A stretch of DNA of 64,000 nucleotides from Octopus vulgaris. Taxonomy: Eukaryota. The stretch is from positions 34,720,001 through 34,784,000 of the forward strand of contig OX597822.1 in assembly GCA_951406725.2 (NCBI GenBank). The letters run 5' to 3'. This document shows, piece after piece, positions 27,812 through 42,402 of this stretch. The position numbers were made by a program, and so were the translations under genes. The number at the start of each line of letters is the position of its first letter. Within the stretch, counting starts at the first letter, position 1. Under the pieces are notes generated by a model, which searched no databases, had not been told where the DNA came from, and worked only from the letters and a program-made list of their open reading frames with translations.

Positions 27812-28710
27812 ATTTCTTATATAATTGTAAATATATATCACCGATACGCTAAGCTAAATATATAGCCGCTAAGCATTTAGCCCGGCGTGCTATCGATTCT
27901 GGTCCCTCGAAAACCACTGTCTTGAATCATAATAAAGGCTCTTGATTTAGGTACGAGTTGACTAACACTGCACGTAATTGGTCCCGGAGGTACGAAACGC
28001 AAAAAAAAAAGATTTAGCATGATTTGAATCATGCCAAATTTATAGCTCAGATAGACTTCCCAGCAGATGCTAAGCCGGTTCCACCAATTTTGTCGCTTTG
28101 CATAATGTACATAAATTAATCACGATTGATAGCTAAGTTAGTAGGAAATATAACAAAAACAGTATTTTCACAGCTACTGAACTTCAAACGACACTATACA
28201 TTTGTAATCTTAAAATGAAATTGTGAAGCATATTTGCTTCTTTTTTCTTTCACACACACACACACACTATCTTTCACATTAACAAAGTGGCTTCCAAACG
28301 GTGTGTCACGATATATTATTGTGAAGCTATGCTAAAATACAATAAAAGAATATATATATATTTATTTAAACGTGGAATATTTAACTGATGTTATATGCTT
28401 ATCGATTGAATAAAAAAGTACTTAATAAGTTTCTGTAATTTAAGTTTTTTTATATCTATAGGCTAAATTAAATATAAATGTCTATTGTTAATACGTTGTC
28501 CTATACTTGATGCAAAATGTGTTTCCAACTACAGATATTTACTTCAAAGCTGCTGCAAAAAGATACGATTATATTTTTAAAAAGAGTAAGTTACACACTG
28601 ATATTCTTGACGTTATTGTGTGAATAAAAAATTACGCAGGAAATAATTACCTGTAGCTTCATTATTTATATTTATTGATTAAATATATTTTTTATGTAAT
28701 TTGATGCTTT

Positions 28711-28752
<42 letters not shown>

Positions 28753-28765
28753 GTTCTATTCGATT

Positions 28766-29281
<516 letters not shown>

Positions 29282-29417
29282 GTGTTCAAATTCCACCGCG
29301 GACGACATTGCCTTTCATCTTTTCGGGCCCAGTGAAATAGATATTAGTTGAGTATTAGTGTCCTTGAAGTTGATGGCCTTTTGGCAAAGTTTGAAACCAA
29401 TATGTGTGTATATTTAA

Positions 29418-29624
29418 TACGAGGGTGTGATGAAAATTTCCTGCTTTGCGGGTAAAAGAAAACACAGGAGTATCAGTTAATTATGACTCTTTTTAAAATA
29501 TTTCCCTCTCAGATTCACACACTTGGTGCAGTGGTCCTTCAGTTAAAGAACTCGGAAGTTTGTGCCTCCAGCCAGGCCTGTCACGACACCCTTAAAACCA
29601 GAATCTTTTCAGCACGCCCTTGTA
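29418..29624. mobile_element. Mariner-derived MITE
   Basis: Imperfect TIRs tacgagggtgtgatgaaaa / ttttcagcacgcccttgta; related inverted fragment at about 24147-24225. Confidence 0.65.
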
Positions 29625-29859
29625 TATAAAATAAAGTTTTGCACTTAATTTTCTTTACTCTAAAGTACAAAAAATAAAATAAAATAAAATAAATAAGGAA
29701 ACCAATGCCCAGACGACGTAAAAATGGATGGCGTTAAGTTAATCCAGATAAGTTCCAAACTATTGTATTCCTTAAAAAAAAAAACGGGTGTTGGTTACGT
29801 TTGAATACATGTTATCAAACATATTCTGTCAGAGCCAAAGAGCGAGAACAGCACGCGAC

Positions 29860-30098
29860 TTTTACTTTCCAAAACCCCGCGCGATAGGTGAAAATCCGCG
29901 AAATAGAAGCAGTAGTGTACTGTATATTTTTAAAATTATTTTATAATTTGTATATATTTATTTTATTATAAAAGCAAAATAACATCACAGAGGTACCAAC
30001 GTAAACTTAAATAATAAACCGCGATAGATGAGCCGCGATAGGTGAGCCGCGATAGGTGAGCGGCGATAGGTGAACCGCGATATGGTGAGGGATCACTG
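29860..30098. mobile_element. pogo/Tigger-like transposon end with subterminal 14-bp tandem repeats
   Basis: Ends ...gagggatcactg|TA (reverse complement CAGTGATCCCTC); about 5 copies of ccgcgataggtgag at 30019-30081; other end not found. Confidence 0.6.
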
Positions 30099-30118
30099 TA
30101 TATCTTATGTGTCCATTT

Positions 30119-30470
30119 AGGCACACGGGTGGCTGTGTGGTAAAAAGTTTGTTTCCCAACCACATGGTTCCCGGTTCAAGGACAACTTGCACAAAGTCTT
30201 GCCAGTGGATTTGGTAGGCGGCAACAGAATGAAGCCTGTCATATTTGTGTGTGTGTGTGGTGTGTATGCGTGTTTTTGTGTTGTCCCCCACCACTCCTGG
30301 TGTTAGTGTGTTTACGTCCCCGTAAACTACCGATTCGGCAAAAGAGATCGATAGAATAAACTTAAGAAAAAAAGCAACTACGTTGATCGATTGATTCGAT
30401 CAAAATTTCTTCACCGCTATGCCCCAGCATGGCCGCACCGTAATGTCTAAAACAAGTAAAAGATAAAATA
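30119..30470 (+). mobile_element. Diverged family C SINE
   Basis: gtggctgtgtggtaa...ggttcccggttca...ccagcatggccgc...aaacaagtaaaag. Confidence 0.75.
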
Positions 30471-31694
30471 TTTAAATGTACGATCACCACTGTTGATTTT
30501 GAAATTCCCCGTAGATAAATTGTCGTCATCAATGTATAGGTTACTACTACAATATATAGTATTAAAGGTTATGACATACAGTGCATATGTAGGGGAAATT
30601 ATGGTGAACACCAGTTTGACGCTTAACCACAACGAACCATCAGGGGAGCACATCATTGCATTATGTTGCAGAAATCCAAATGGCATTTGTTTGATCTCTG
30701 TAATATAAGGCAATGAAATGTGCTTCTGATGATACGTTGTGTGTGTGTGTGTGTGTGTGTGTGTGCAACTTATGTTATAACTACAGAGACAGGGCGAATT
30801 TAACGATTTCCTCTGTAGCTTGAAAACAGGTTGAACAGTATTAATCGATATCAGAACCTTATTGGTTCTCATCAGAGATATCTATATGAAAGCATCCATT
30901 CTCAAAACTTCCAGTAGATGCAGTGAAATGGAGCCCCCCCCCCCCACACATATATATGGGAGAGAGAAAGGGAATCAGAGTCAGACAGACAGAGAGACAG
31001 ACAGACAGTGGGACGGAGAGATATGGGATTTGCTTTTGTTATAAATCACCACATTCGTACAACGGTGTATAAACTACATTTCTGGATAATTCGAAAATGC
31101 AAGAACACTTACTGGAAGAAGCGAACCTCATTTCAAGAAAACCTGAGCGGGACGAAAACAGCCCGAGAATTACTGCAGCAAATGAAGACACGTTGTTCAA
31201 GTTATACAAAGACAAAATGGCGTACATAAATCAATAACGTTTTAATGCGTTCAAATTCCCATAAATATATTTAAAAGATGGACTTTCTAGACACCAGTAA
31301 ATACCACTGGATGGGGTATTTTTATTAAAATTTAATATGACATTTCAATGAACAACGACGTTGTTGTCTATAGGATTCTATCGGGGCCAATTACTGCTTC
31401 AGTATATTTAAGTTGGTGAGAAATAAGAGGGATTGTCTGTAGAAGACGAATGACTTAAATATCACTGGAGATTTTCATTTGACAGAATAGGTTTATCGGC
31501 TTTGTAGCCATTGTTTACACATGTCACCTAAACATGAATCCTCTCGCTCCCTCCGAGACACACACACGTGAACGTTTCGCTGTCACACGCACACATACGC
31601 ATTATGTATATACTAACATTATACATGTATACCCTGTGTATCAGTTCTTTACATGTGTACATGAATGCACACATACATATATTTTTTTATATTC

Positions 31695-32193
<499 letters not shown>

Positions 32194-32263
32194 TGGGCTA
32201 TGAGTTTGATGCATGTAGATATATGTATACACAGATTTTATATACATACATATATATATATCA

Positions 32264-32606
32264 GTGAAGGCGCATGGCTCAGTGATTAGAGCGTCGAGCT
32301 TACGATCGTGAGGTTGTGAGCTCGAATCCCGGACCGGGCTGCGTGTTGTGTTCTCGAGCAAGGCACTTTATTTCACGTTGCTCCAGTTCATTCAGCTGTA
32401 GAAATGAGCTGCGACGTCACTGGTGCCAAGCTGTATCGACCTTTGTCTTTCCCTTGGATAACACTGGTGGCGTGGAGAGGGGAGGCTGGTATGCATGGGC
32501 GACTGCTGGCCTTCCATAAACAACCTTGCCCGGACTTGTGTCTAGGAGGATAACTTTCTAAGTGCAATCCCATGGTCATTCATGACCGAAGGGGGTCTTT
32601 ACCCTT

Positions 32607-32607
<1 letters not shown>
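32264..32607 (+). mobile_element. tRNA-derived SINE family T, full length
   Basis: A-box TGGCTCAGTGA, B-box-like GCTCGAATCCC; head shared with 5420, 36844 and 54621. Confidence 0.82.
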
Positions 32608-32642
<35 letters not shown>

Positions 32643-32651
32643 AATTTATAT

Positions 32652-33408
32652 GATTTGATTTTGATTTTTCTAGTTTCAGCTAATGAGCTGTGGCCATGCT
32701 GGGGCACCGCCATTTGGTTTGCTACACGATTTTACCTCACGGATGCTTTTTAGCAAACGCCATCTGATGCATGAGAGAGTTCGATGCAGCTGCCCTCATC
32801 TGCACCTCCTGCCGTGAAGTTGGTTCATCCGGGACACCTGACAGGAAGAGATCCAGTCCTACTTTAAAGACATCCGCATCTACATCATGCAGGTCCCTCA
32901 GGTTCTTCGGGAGGATATTGAAGAGCTGTGGGCCTCTGAAGCCCAGGCTGTCACAGTATCTTGTCCTACATCTTGATGGCAAATTTGGAGTCCTTGGTAC
33001 TACGCAATGGCGTCCGGTTCTGGCATTTGTGTAACTCTCGATGCCAAAGTTTGGGACAAGTCCTTCCAGGATCTTCCAGATATATATTATGGCATATCTT
33101 TCTCGCCTACGCTCCAGGGAATAGAGCTTTAATATCTTGAGTCTTTCCCAGTAGCTCATATGCTGTACAGAGGCTATCTTCTTCGTGTAGCTTCGTTGGA
33201 TCGCCTCAAGTTCTGTGATCAACTTGACACTGGATGGTGACCATAGCTGAGAGCAATAGTCAAAGTGGCTTAGGACAAGTGTCTTCCAGAGGACCATCAT
33301 GGTTTCTTGTTCTCTTGTTCTAAAGGTTCTAAGAATCCATCCAGCCAGCCGTCTACATTTCATTGTCAGTTTAGCAACATGTACATGAAAGGTCGCGTCA
33401 TCACTCAT
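32652..33408 (-). pseudogene. 5'-truncated CR1/L2-group LINE (ORF2 C-terminus plus 3' tail)
   Basis: Open frame 33408 to 32737 with GWILRTF, DYCSQLWSP, LEAIQR, SYWERLKILKLYSLERRRERY; tail ends in short (aaatc)n repeats. Confidence 0.88.
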
Positions 33409-35411
33409 GTGTGTGTGTGGAGAGAGAGAGAGAGAGAGCGATAGACATAGGAAGAGGGAGACAAAGAGAGAGAAACAGCTTATCATTATATACAATGAAC
33501 CTTCAAACTTCATTGAGCCGTACCCAGTTAATCCGGATATCAAATAAACCAGACGAAATCTGAGTTAATCATGGATGAAAATGGGAAGATAATTTTTATG
33601 TTCCCAGTTACGAAATATTTGTGACAGGCTTCTGAGATAACACTACACAACCCATAACTAATAATATCATACAGCTTGGGCGGATGGCGAGATAATTCGA
33701 GAGGTGATGAAAATATGAACCGAAGATGAATAACATTTTACAATTTTTCACCAGTTCACAACATGTTAATTACTTGCTTTTACAACTCTACCTCTAAGAA
33801 ACATACGCTTTCTTTATTGCACTCAACAGGTCGCACAGACTTAGTATCTTCTTTTAATATTCGAATCCCATCATCATCTCTTCTCTTTCTATCTTTGTTC
33901 AGCTTGCTACTTACAAAGTAGCTATAAAATTTGCTGCTTGTATAATATTTATTCGCTTTCTAATAAACACCGCAATTTAGTGGAAAGAATTATCATGTAT
34001 AAATTCGCTGAAAATTTATAAGCTGAAAATAATTTACAGTGTACTTATTCTCCTCTTGCAGTATCATGATCAAATCCGCTCGTAATTTGTTTTCAGATCT
34101 AATAATATGCATTCAAGAAGCAAGCTTTAAGTTAGAATTAGTCTAAAATATGTGTATTTAGTTTTGATTTACTCTAGACTAGTAAACTCATCGGTAGCGA
34201 AGTAATAGAATGTTTCTCAGTATTATCAGCCGCCACCAACTGGGTGGACTTGGTGAGCACTACACAAACAACGAAGATAATAAATGGACAATCAGTACTG
34301 AGGATTTATTTACAGTTTTTAAATGTTCGTGCTGCATATTAGAACACTCCCTTCATCATTTTGATATCATCTGTACAGGTGTACGATGTGCTATGCGTCA
34401 GATGTTGAAGTGATAACAGAATAACTTGAGATGAAGTGTTTTGGTCAAAAAACACAATGCACCGCCCAAGAATGGAACCCACGATCTCGCAAGCGTGAGT
34501 ACAGCGCTCTGACCATTAGGCCATGCGCCACCATCGACGAATTAGGAGTGTGTATTTATTATAAACAACTCAACAAATGCAAAACTATAGATTTTGAGCC
34601 GCCATTTATGCAAATTGATTAGATGTTTTTTAATGACTGTAGACAGTCGGACAAGAATCACTGAGCTATAGTTTCAAATGTGTTTAAGTTCTCGTCAGCA
34701 ACCGTTTACTATGCAGTTAACTAACCACAGAAAAATTGTATGTAAAGCCATTTTTATTTGACCCTTTATTAAGTAAGGTAAAGTCCATTTTAGAAGATAT
34801 ACGTGAATACACCAGCAAGTTTGAACTTAGAATCACAAACCAACTAAACATTCTTCAAATACATGGAACTGTCACTGGTTTCATCTCTTGTCTCTGTGCA
34901 TAATCCATATTTACGCAAGGAGCAAACGAGAGAGACTTTACATAGTTAGCCTCCTAGAAATAGCAGTTAAAACATCTATCAAATCACCATCCACCGTTTT
35001 AGAAATGGTTAAGGAGAACAGTAAACGATGTAGCCTTTTATATCACATTTTGAGATAGGTCGCTCATGGCAGGAATGTTTTTAGCCATAGGTCTATTTGA
35101 TTGACAATTGTGAATGATAAGAGTTTAAATAAAAACGAATTTATATTTCAACGAACCGAAAACGAAAAATTCAAGCGTTTGTTTGACATGATACAAACAA
35201 CATCCAAATATCTCTTATAAATGAGCTCTAGCGCGTTAAAAAAAGGTAGGCGCATGTGTGGCTGTGTGATAAGAAGATTGCATCGCAATGACATGGTTCC
35301 GGGTTCAGTTCCACTGCGTGGAACCTTGCGTATGTGTCATCTACTCTAGCTTCGGCTCGACCAAAGCCTTGTGAGTGGATCTGTGGATCTGGTAGACGGA
35401 AACTGAAAGCG

Positions 35412-35463
<52 letters not shown>

Positions 35464-35495
35464 CTCTCTGTGTTTACCCCTTGTGGGTAGTAAAG

Positions 35496-35534
<39 letters not shown>

Positions 35535-35628
35535 GAGAATTTACAAAAAAAAAAGAAAACAAAAGACGAAGACGAGTGTGTAAACAACAAACACATGTAT
35601 TAGTTTAACGCTCGGGAAGTGAGAAAGT

Positions 35629-35664
35629 CTTTTACGTTTCGAGCCTACGCTCTTCTGCAGAAAG
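35629..35664 (-). ncRNA. Hammerhead-like motif, family B (A6 replaced by C)
   Basis: cttt-CTGCAGA-A-GAGC(gtag)GCTC-GAA-ACGT-A-aaag; perfect stems I and II, GUA site. Confidence 0.62.
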
Positions 35665-35956
35665 GGACACAGGAATAAACAGGGAGAGAATATAGGAAAT
35701 GGTTTAGTGGCTAGCGATCTATCCTCTCCTTGTTTTTATTTGTTCTTCTCCTCCCACCTCTTATATATATATACAAGAAAAAAGCAACAAGAATGGATTA
35801 GTTGTTCAGTACAATTGTTTTTTTCTTGTTTTTTCTTGTTTATAATCACCCCACATTATTTTATGGTTAATACCATATAGATTTCTGGTGCATCTAAGTT
35901 AAGTACCGCATTCATGTGAATTCATTGGAACTCACTTGAATCTTAATTGTTCCTAC

Positions 35957-36053
<97 letters not shown>

Positions 36054-36694
36054 TTCTATATGTGCCTGTGTTTGTCCTTCCATCATCGCTTGACAACCAA
36101 TGTTGGTGTGTTTTTGTCCCCGTAGCCTAGCTTACGAAGAATTCGCCCTAGGGTTGATCTATTCGACTAAATGCGGTTTTACAGCATTGCCGCAGTCAGA
36201 TGACCGAAACAAGTAAAAGAATAAAAGAATGTATAAAGAAGCTCTAGGAAAGCCCCAAAATACGGATGGGCACGGAAGGACGTCTATTGATCTTTGGTTT
36301 TTCCCGATCAAGATTGGGCTCGGGTTAAATAAGAAATCTATCATCAACGAAGTATCTATATGCACTGTCGGCTGACAAAAGTATGTGAAAGTAGACAAAG
36401 AACATCGCAGGAATTTCATCAGCAATTAAGCACCTCCAATGACTCACTCAGCTGTATGTCTTGGAATTATGGCTGAATATGGGAGATGATCGATGTATAG
36501 CAAAACGCTAACTCGATTTGCATTCTTAGTTGCAGCTGTTCCAATTCTGGAACGTCACTTACACAGGGGAAAAAAGTTATAAAATATCAAATATTCTTTC
36601 CCAGACGGTAAAGTCATTAACGTTGATTATCTATTAGTTACGTAAATTATAATTATGAAATTTCCCATCAAATAAATAGCTTTCATCTTTTGTT

Positions 36695-37116
36695 ATTTAC
36701 TGTTTCAGTCATTAAATTGCGGCCATGCTGGGGCACCACCTCGAAGAATTTTAGTAGAAACAATCGACCCCAGTACTTATTTTTTGGTTTAGGTTGGTAC
36801 GTACTCTATCGGATTCTTTTACCGAACCGCTAATTAATGGGACGTGGAGGCGCGTAGCTTAGTGGTTGGGATGCCAGCACCATGATCGTAAGATTGTGAT
36901 TTCGATTCTTGGACTGGGTGACGTGTTGTGTTCTTGAGCAAAACACTTCATTTCACGTTGCTCCAGTCCATGACCTATTCTTTGTAAGCCTAGTACTTAT
37001 TCTATCGGCTTCTTTTGCCGAACCGCTAAGTTACGGGGACGTAAGCACACCAGCATCCGTTGTCAAGCGATGTTCGGGAGATAAACACAGACACATAAAC
37101 ATATACACACACACAT

Positions 37117-37161
<45 letters not shown>

Positions 37162-37315
37162 CATATATACGACGGGCTTCTTTCAGCTTCCGTCAACCAA
37201 ATCGACTCACAAGGCTATAGAAGAAGACACGTGCCCAAGGTGCCATGCAGTAGCACTGAACACGGAACCACGTGGTTGGTAAGCAAGGTACTTACCACAC
37301 AGCCACTCCTACACC
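36695..37315. mobile_element. Nested SINEs: family C (minus 36695-36845), family T head (plus 36844-36970), family C (minus 36975-37315)
   Basis: Alignment to the other copies in the window. Confidence 0.78.
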
Positions 37316-38160
37316 TATCTCTACCTTTTTTATATAGCTAACTTAAATTAAATGTCCTTGTCATATCTTGCAAAAATTGTTTACCTTTCTTTTCTACTCT
37401 ATCCTACGCACACACTAACACACACATGCATGTATGCATTTAAGTATGTATATGTGTGTGCACGTATGTTCGTACGTATATGATTCAAATATCAGGCAAG
37501 ATATAGTTGATTAGGTTGTCTCTATAACTGAGATCATCCTATATTTTATAACCGCCAGATAGATAAACAGCAAACTGGCCACTTCGTTGTTTGAAATAAG
37601 GAAAAGAACAGAAATGAAGCAATAATCTGCAAACTTATCAGTTATTGTCTTACTCAAGGTCTGCCACGACTGAAGAAGTATGTCGCACAAGACGTTACAG
37701 ACGTCGTTTTCCTACATAAAGTGTGCCTCAAAGAATTGAATGCAATGCGGAATTATTTCCAGGGCTATACTATTTCAACGCGATGGAGGTTTGGCTGATA
37801 TGACTAGCAGGTGATGCAACCGTGCAGAGGTTCCTTTTATGTGCTTCTAAAAGTCTCAGTCGGTCAGAAACTAAATATTTTAGTCATTTAGCGTATCAGT
37901 TTGTATGCCAACGCAACTGTTTATGTAATTACTTATGCTGTTTCTATTTCAATCTCCCTCGAATTCGCTTCCAGCAATTTTTGTTCTTATATCTATTGTA
38001 AGAAGCATTATAGCTGCGTATTTAACTAGTCAACGCTTTGTTTGCAAGTTTCTACATACATACATATATACATACATACATGGACGCACACAAACGCTCA
38101 TACACAGACACACATACATAAACACGTATGTATGTATGTAAGTGTTGATTACATAAATAC

Positions 38161-38201
<41 letters not shown>

Positions 38202-38491
38202 ACACAAATGGGTTAAGGTCTCACTGTAGCTGTTTCAGACGCGTTTTTTCTTGAATAACCCGATTAGATCATGAAAATGGAGCCATTATATTTTTTCAGG
38301 TGAATTAAAAATTTTGAATATCATTCGAAGGAAATACCAAGATAGGGAATGCATGTTGACCCCTCATTTTAGCAAGAAATAAAAGCGTGAAAGAATGCCG
38401 AAGTATAGTTAGATTTCATACGCGTACGGGTCAAAAATGCATCAAGAGACAAAATCAGGCTAATAATTTCTTTCAAGTAGAAAGCCAGAGA

Positions 38492-38538
<47 letters not shown>

Positions 38539-38548
38539 TGTATGTATG

Positions 38549-38580
<32 letters not shown>

Positions 38581-40435
38581 TGTATGTATGTATGTGTATG
38601 TATAATAGCATAAGGTATCAACAGGCAGAAAACTAGTGTCAGGTGAGAATATGAAATTTATATATTTAACAAGGGGGTTCAGTTGTTACAGGAGTATGGA
38701 TCAGATAAAAAAAGGTGTACAGAATGTTTCTTACAGCTGTTTCAAGAAAATATGTACAAATGATGCATTTCTCAGCAAATAAACAGTAGTTATCCATATA
38801 GAAGCGATCTATTCCATCATGGGAAGAGAGTAAGATAGATCCGTAGTTCACAGCTAAGTAGAGAATAAAGGAAACCCTTAATAGCAATCAGTTCCCCCAT
38901 CGATGATGGAACTGGTCTCTTCTAAAGCAATCTACAAAAAAATTCTCTTATAATTTCTAAAAATGCTTTCGCATTATTTTCAATATTCAAAAAAATATTT
39001 TATATTATCGTATATTACTTTATGTATATATATATATACACACACTAACCCAATGTGCCACGCAGTGGGACTGAACCTAGAGCCATGTGGTTGGTAGGTA
39101 ACCTACATACCAGACATCCACTCCTGCACTTAACATGGGTAGATGAGGCTTAGATAAATAGACTCGTTAGAATGTTTCTCCCAACGGAAATAGATAATAA
39201 AGGCAAACGATTTATCCACTTGGGGTGGGGGAGGAATCAGAATAAATATACACATATTCTACACGTGTATATTGAAACTGCATGCATTCTTATATTCTAT
39301 AACTAAGTGTAATTTCATTTGTTCCCAAATATCAAGTTCATTGACCGTTTATTTATAATGGATTATTTAGTTTCTTTTTAATTAAGAAGTGATATTAATT
39401 ATTTATTTTAACTGTAGACGTACGTATACGTATGTATGCATGCTTGCATGTTTGTATGTATATATATATACGTGTATATATGTGTCTGTGTATATTTTAA
39501 TTTAATTTAATTTAATTCTATTTTACTTTTTTATGCTATTTTAATTTGATTATTTTAATATATTAATCAATAGTATATTTTGTATCATAAAACTTGTTTC
39601 ATAGTTATTGATTCTGAGCTGTCCTTTTCATTGTATATAGTTCTAGAACACTGTTTACAAGATGCACTGTTCCATTAATCATTATTTGGCTTGTTTTTGG
39701 AATTGATATCTTGTTCGTGATAAGATGTTGGTTGAGGAACAAAGTATCTAGTTGTCTATGTTTGTTGTATTGTTTGAACGTCCTGTTTGGAAATTGTTCT
39801 TTGTCACAAATATTGATATGTAGCTTTACGTGACTACTATGTTGTAACTTTTGAAAATAAACCGGAAGATTGCAAGGCAGCGTTTATATTTCTAACGCTG
39901 TGGACACTGCAGGATTGAATAGTACTGTCGAAGTGTCGAAACCATAGTGATATGCGTTTGGGCAGCTGATGATGGAAATACATGTATGTTATGCTCGACT
40001 GTGATGATATTCTGGGTTGTCCTTCTCTCTCGTAAAACGGAGCGTGTTTGCAGATTCATTCATAGTCTATGGGTATTATTTACTTTGGTAGTGTTTGTTT
40101 TTTTTTCGTAGGTAACCTAATAAGGCTTAAGTTTTTGGATCTACTGTGAAACAGACACGCACGCACACAGCCAACACAGACACTCACGCGCACCAAACAC
40201 ACACATACATACCTTTTATTACGTGTATATAAAGGTATATATGTATGTATGTATATATATATAGAGAGAGATCGATAGATATGTGTGTTATATACACACG
40301 CACATACATACATACATACATACATATTTATATAAATATATATGTGTGTCAATATGTATGTATAAAGTGAGCTGGCAGAACCACTTGTGCGGTAGACCGT
40401 TTTATCGATCTCTTCGGGATCAATAAATTATGCCT

Positions 40436-40517
40436 GAGGGCATATGGCGTAGTGGTTAAGAGCACGGGTTACTAACCCCAAGATTCTGAGTTCGATTCCA
40501 AGCTGTCACCTCAACAA

Positions 40518-40590
<73 letters not shown>

Positions 40591-40735
40591 TCGAAGAATA
40601 CCTTAGGAATGAGACCCCAGGTTCGAAATTTCCCCAAGACACATGAAGAAGGCTGGAGGGTATATCAGCCGAAACGTTGTGTTAACAGCAAACAAGATGA
40701 GGACAAATATCCATCGAATGCAAATAATGTACAGT
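40436..40735 (+). mobile_element. tRNA-headed SINE-like element with internal (AAT)n and a 3' hammerhead
   Basis: A-box TGGCGTAGTGG 40445-40455, B-box GTTCGATTCC 40490-40499, (AAT)n at about 40518-40588, HHR 40638-40683. Confidence 0.65.
40638..40683 (+). ncRNA. Minimal hammerhead motif (position 3 is A in this copy)
   Basis: gacac-ATGAAGA-A-GGCTG(gagggtatat)CAGCC-GAA-ACGT-T-gtgtt. Confidence 0.68.
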
Positions 40736-41223
40736 ATTATAATTATCGTAACTTTCTTTATGCATTTGTCTAACATCGGCGTGCTTCGTAGTAAAATCCA
40801 GAGTGAACGAAATGTCGATTAAGAAAATTTTTATTGAATTTAGTGTCAGAATTAAAGATATCCTTTTTTCCCCTCGTAATATATAGTAATTAAATATATT
40901 TCCCACTCCACCATAAATTTTTTAATATAATACATTTTATATAGATATTGATATTATATTATAAAATAACCAGTCATTATTTTCGAATAAAATACATTTA
41001 GATTAATATTATTGGAGATCCATAAAAACATTTCACGACTGTTACAAATTATTTTTTACTCAATTATTTTATTCATTTGAATTTCATCGTTCTTTCTATT
41101 ACATCTATTATATATTTGAATTATTAACGCGCACACTTATAAACATAGGTATTTTTGAATCAGTAATTTTGCAATTTGGCACTCCTTACATGGAATTTCG
41201 TATGTCATTTTTTACTTGTAGTC

Positions 41224-41309
41224 AAGGCCCTGAAGAGGATTCTATACAGAGATAGGAATTTTTTTATAAATTCACTAGTGTATATGACGCGAATCAAATT
41301 GTTGGCTTT
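41224..41309 (+). ncRNA. Degenerate hammerhead with long stem II region
   Basis: aaggcc-CTGAAGA-(54 nt)-GAA-tCAAATTGT-T-ggcttt; 6-bp stem I; A15.1 mutated. Confidence 0.4.
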
Positions 41310-41580
41310 ATATATGTTTTTTGTCAAAATCTGTTATCCTATCTTATATTATATATATTTTATAGTATATTATATCATAATGTAAGTAAATTTCTCGCTG
41401 CTCAGTTTTATATTTCTCTATTTCTTTTTAATCTGCATATTAAAATTATACCCTTTTATCTGTGGTATTCAACTGTTGTACTAGCGAATTGGATGTTTAA
41501 CATCACGATGGAAGAATTGTTTTTTACTTTACTTGATTTATATATATATATAAGTATATCTATATATATATATATATACG

Positions 41581-41618
<38 letters not shown>

Positions 41619-41700
41619 GATTATAAGTATATCTATATAATATACATACATATATATATATATATAAATATATTTATATGATTATAAGTATGTCTATATA

Positions 41701-41733
<33 letters not shown>

Positions 41734-41826
41734 ACTATATTTAGATGATTATAAGTATATCTATATAATATACATACATACATATATATATATATACATA
41801 TATATATATATTTATAAGTATATCTA

Positions 41827-41868
<42 letters not shown>

Positions 41869-41997
41869 AGTATATCTATAAATATATATATATATTTATA
41901 AGTATATCTATATATATATAAATATATTTATAAGTATATCTATATATATATATATAAATATATTTATAAGTATATATATATATAAATATATTTATAA

Positions 41998-42039
<42 letters not shown>

Positions 42040-42042
<3 letters not shown>

Positions 42043-42402
42043 CGCAGGAGTGGATTTGTGGTAAATAGCTTGCTCGCTTACTAACCACATGGTTCCGGGT
42101 TCAGCCTCACTGAGTGGGACCTTGGTCAATTGAATTTTACTATAGTCTCGGTGCCGACCAAAGTCTTGTGAGTGGATTTGGTAGACAGAAACTGAAGGAA
42201 GCCCGTCGTGTATATATATATATATATATATATATTGACAACCGATGTTGGTATGTTTACGTCCCAGTAATTACCTGTTCGGAATAAGAGACCGATAGAA
42301 TAAGTACTAGGCTTACAAAGAATAAGTCCTGGGGTCGATTTGTTCGACTAAAGTCTGTGCTCCAGCATGGTCCCAGTCAAATGATTGAAACAAATAAAAG
42401 AA
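42040..42402 (+). mobile_element. Family C SINE
   Basis: Aligns to 25655-26070. Confidence 0.85.

Noticed and set aside
40436-40510. tRNA gene calls here and at 32264 and 54621
   Set aside because: A and B boxes are present but there is no acceptor stem or full cloverleaf; these are SINE heads.
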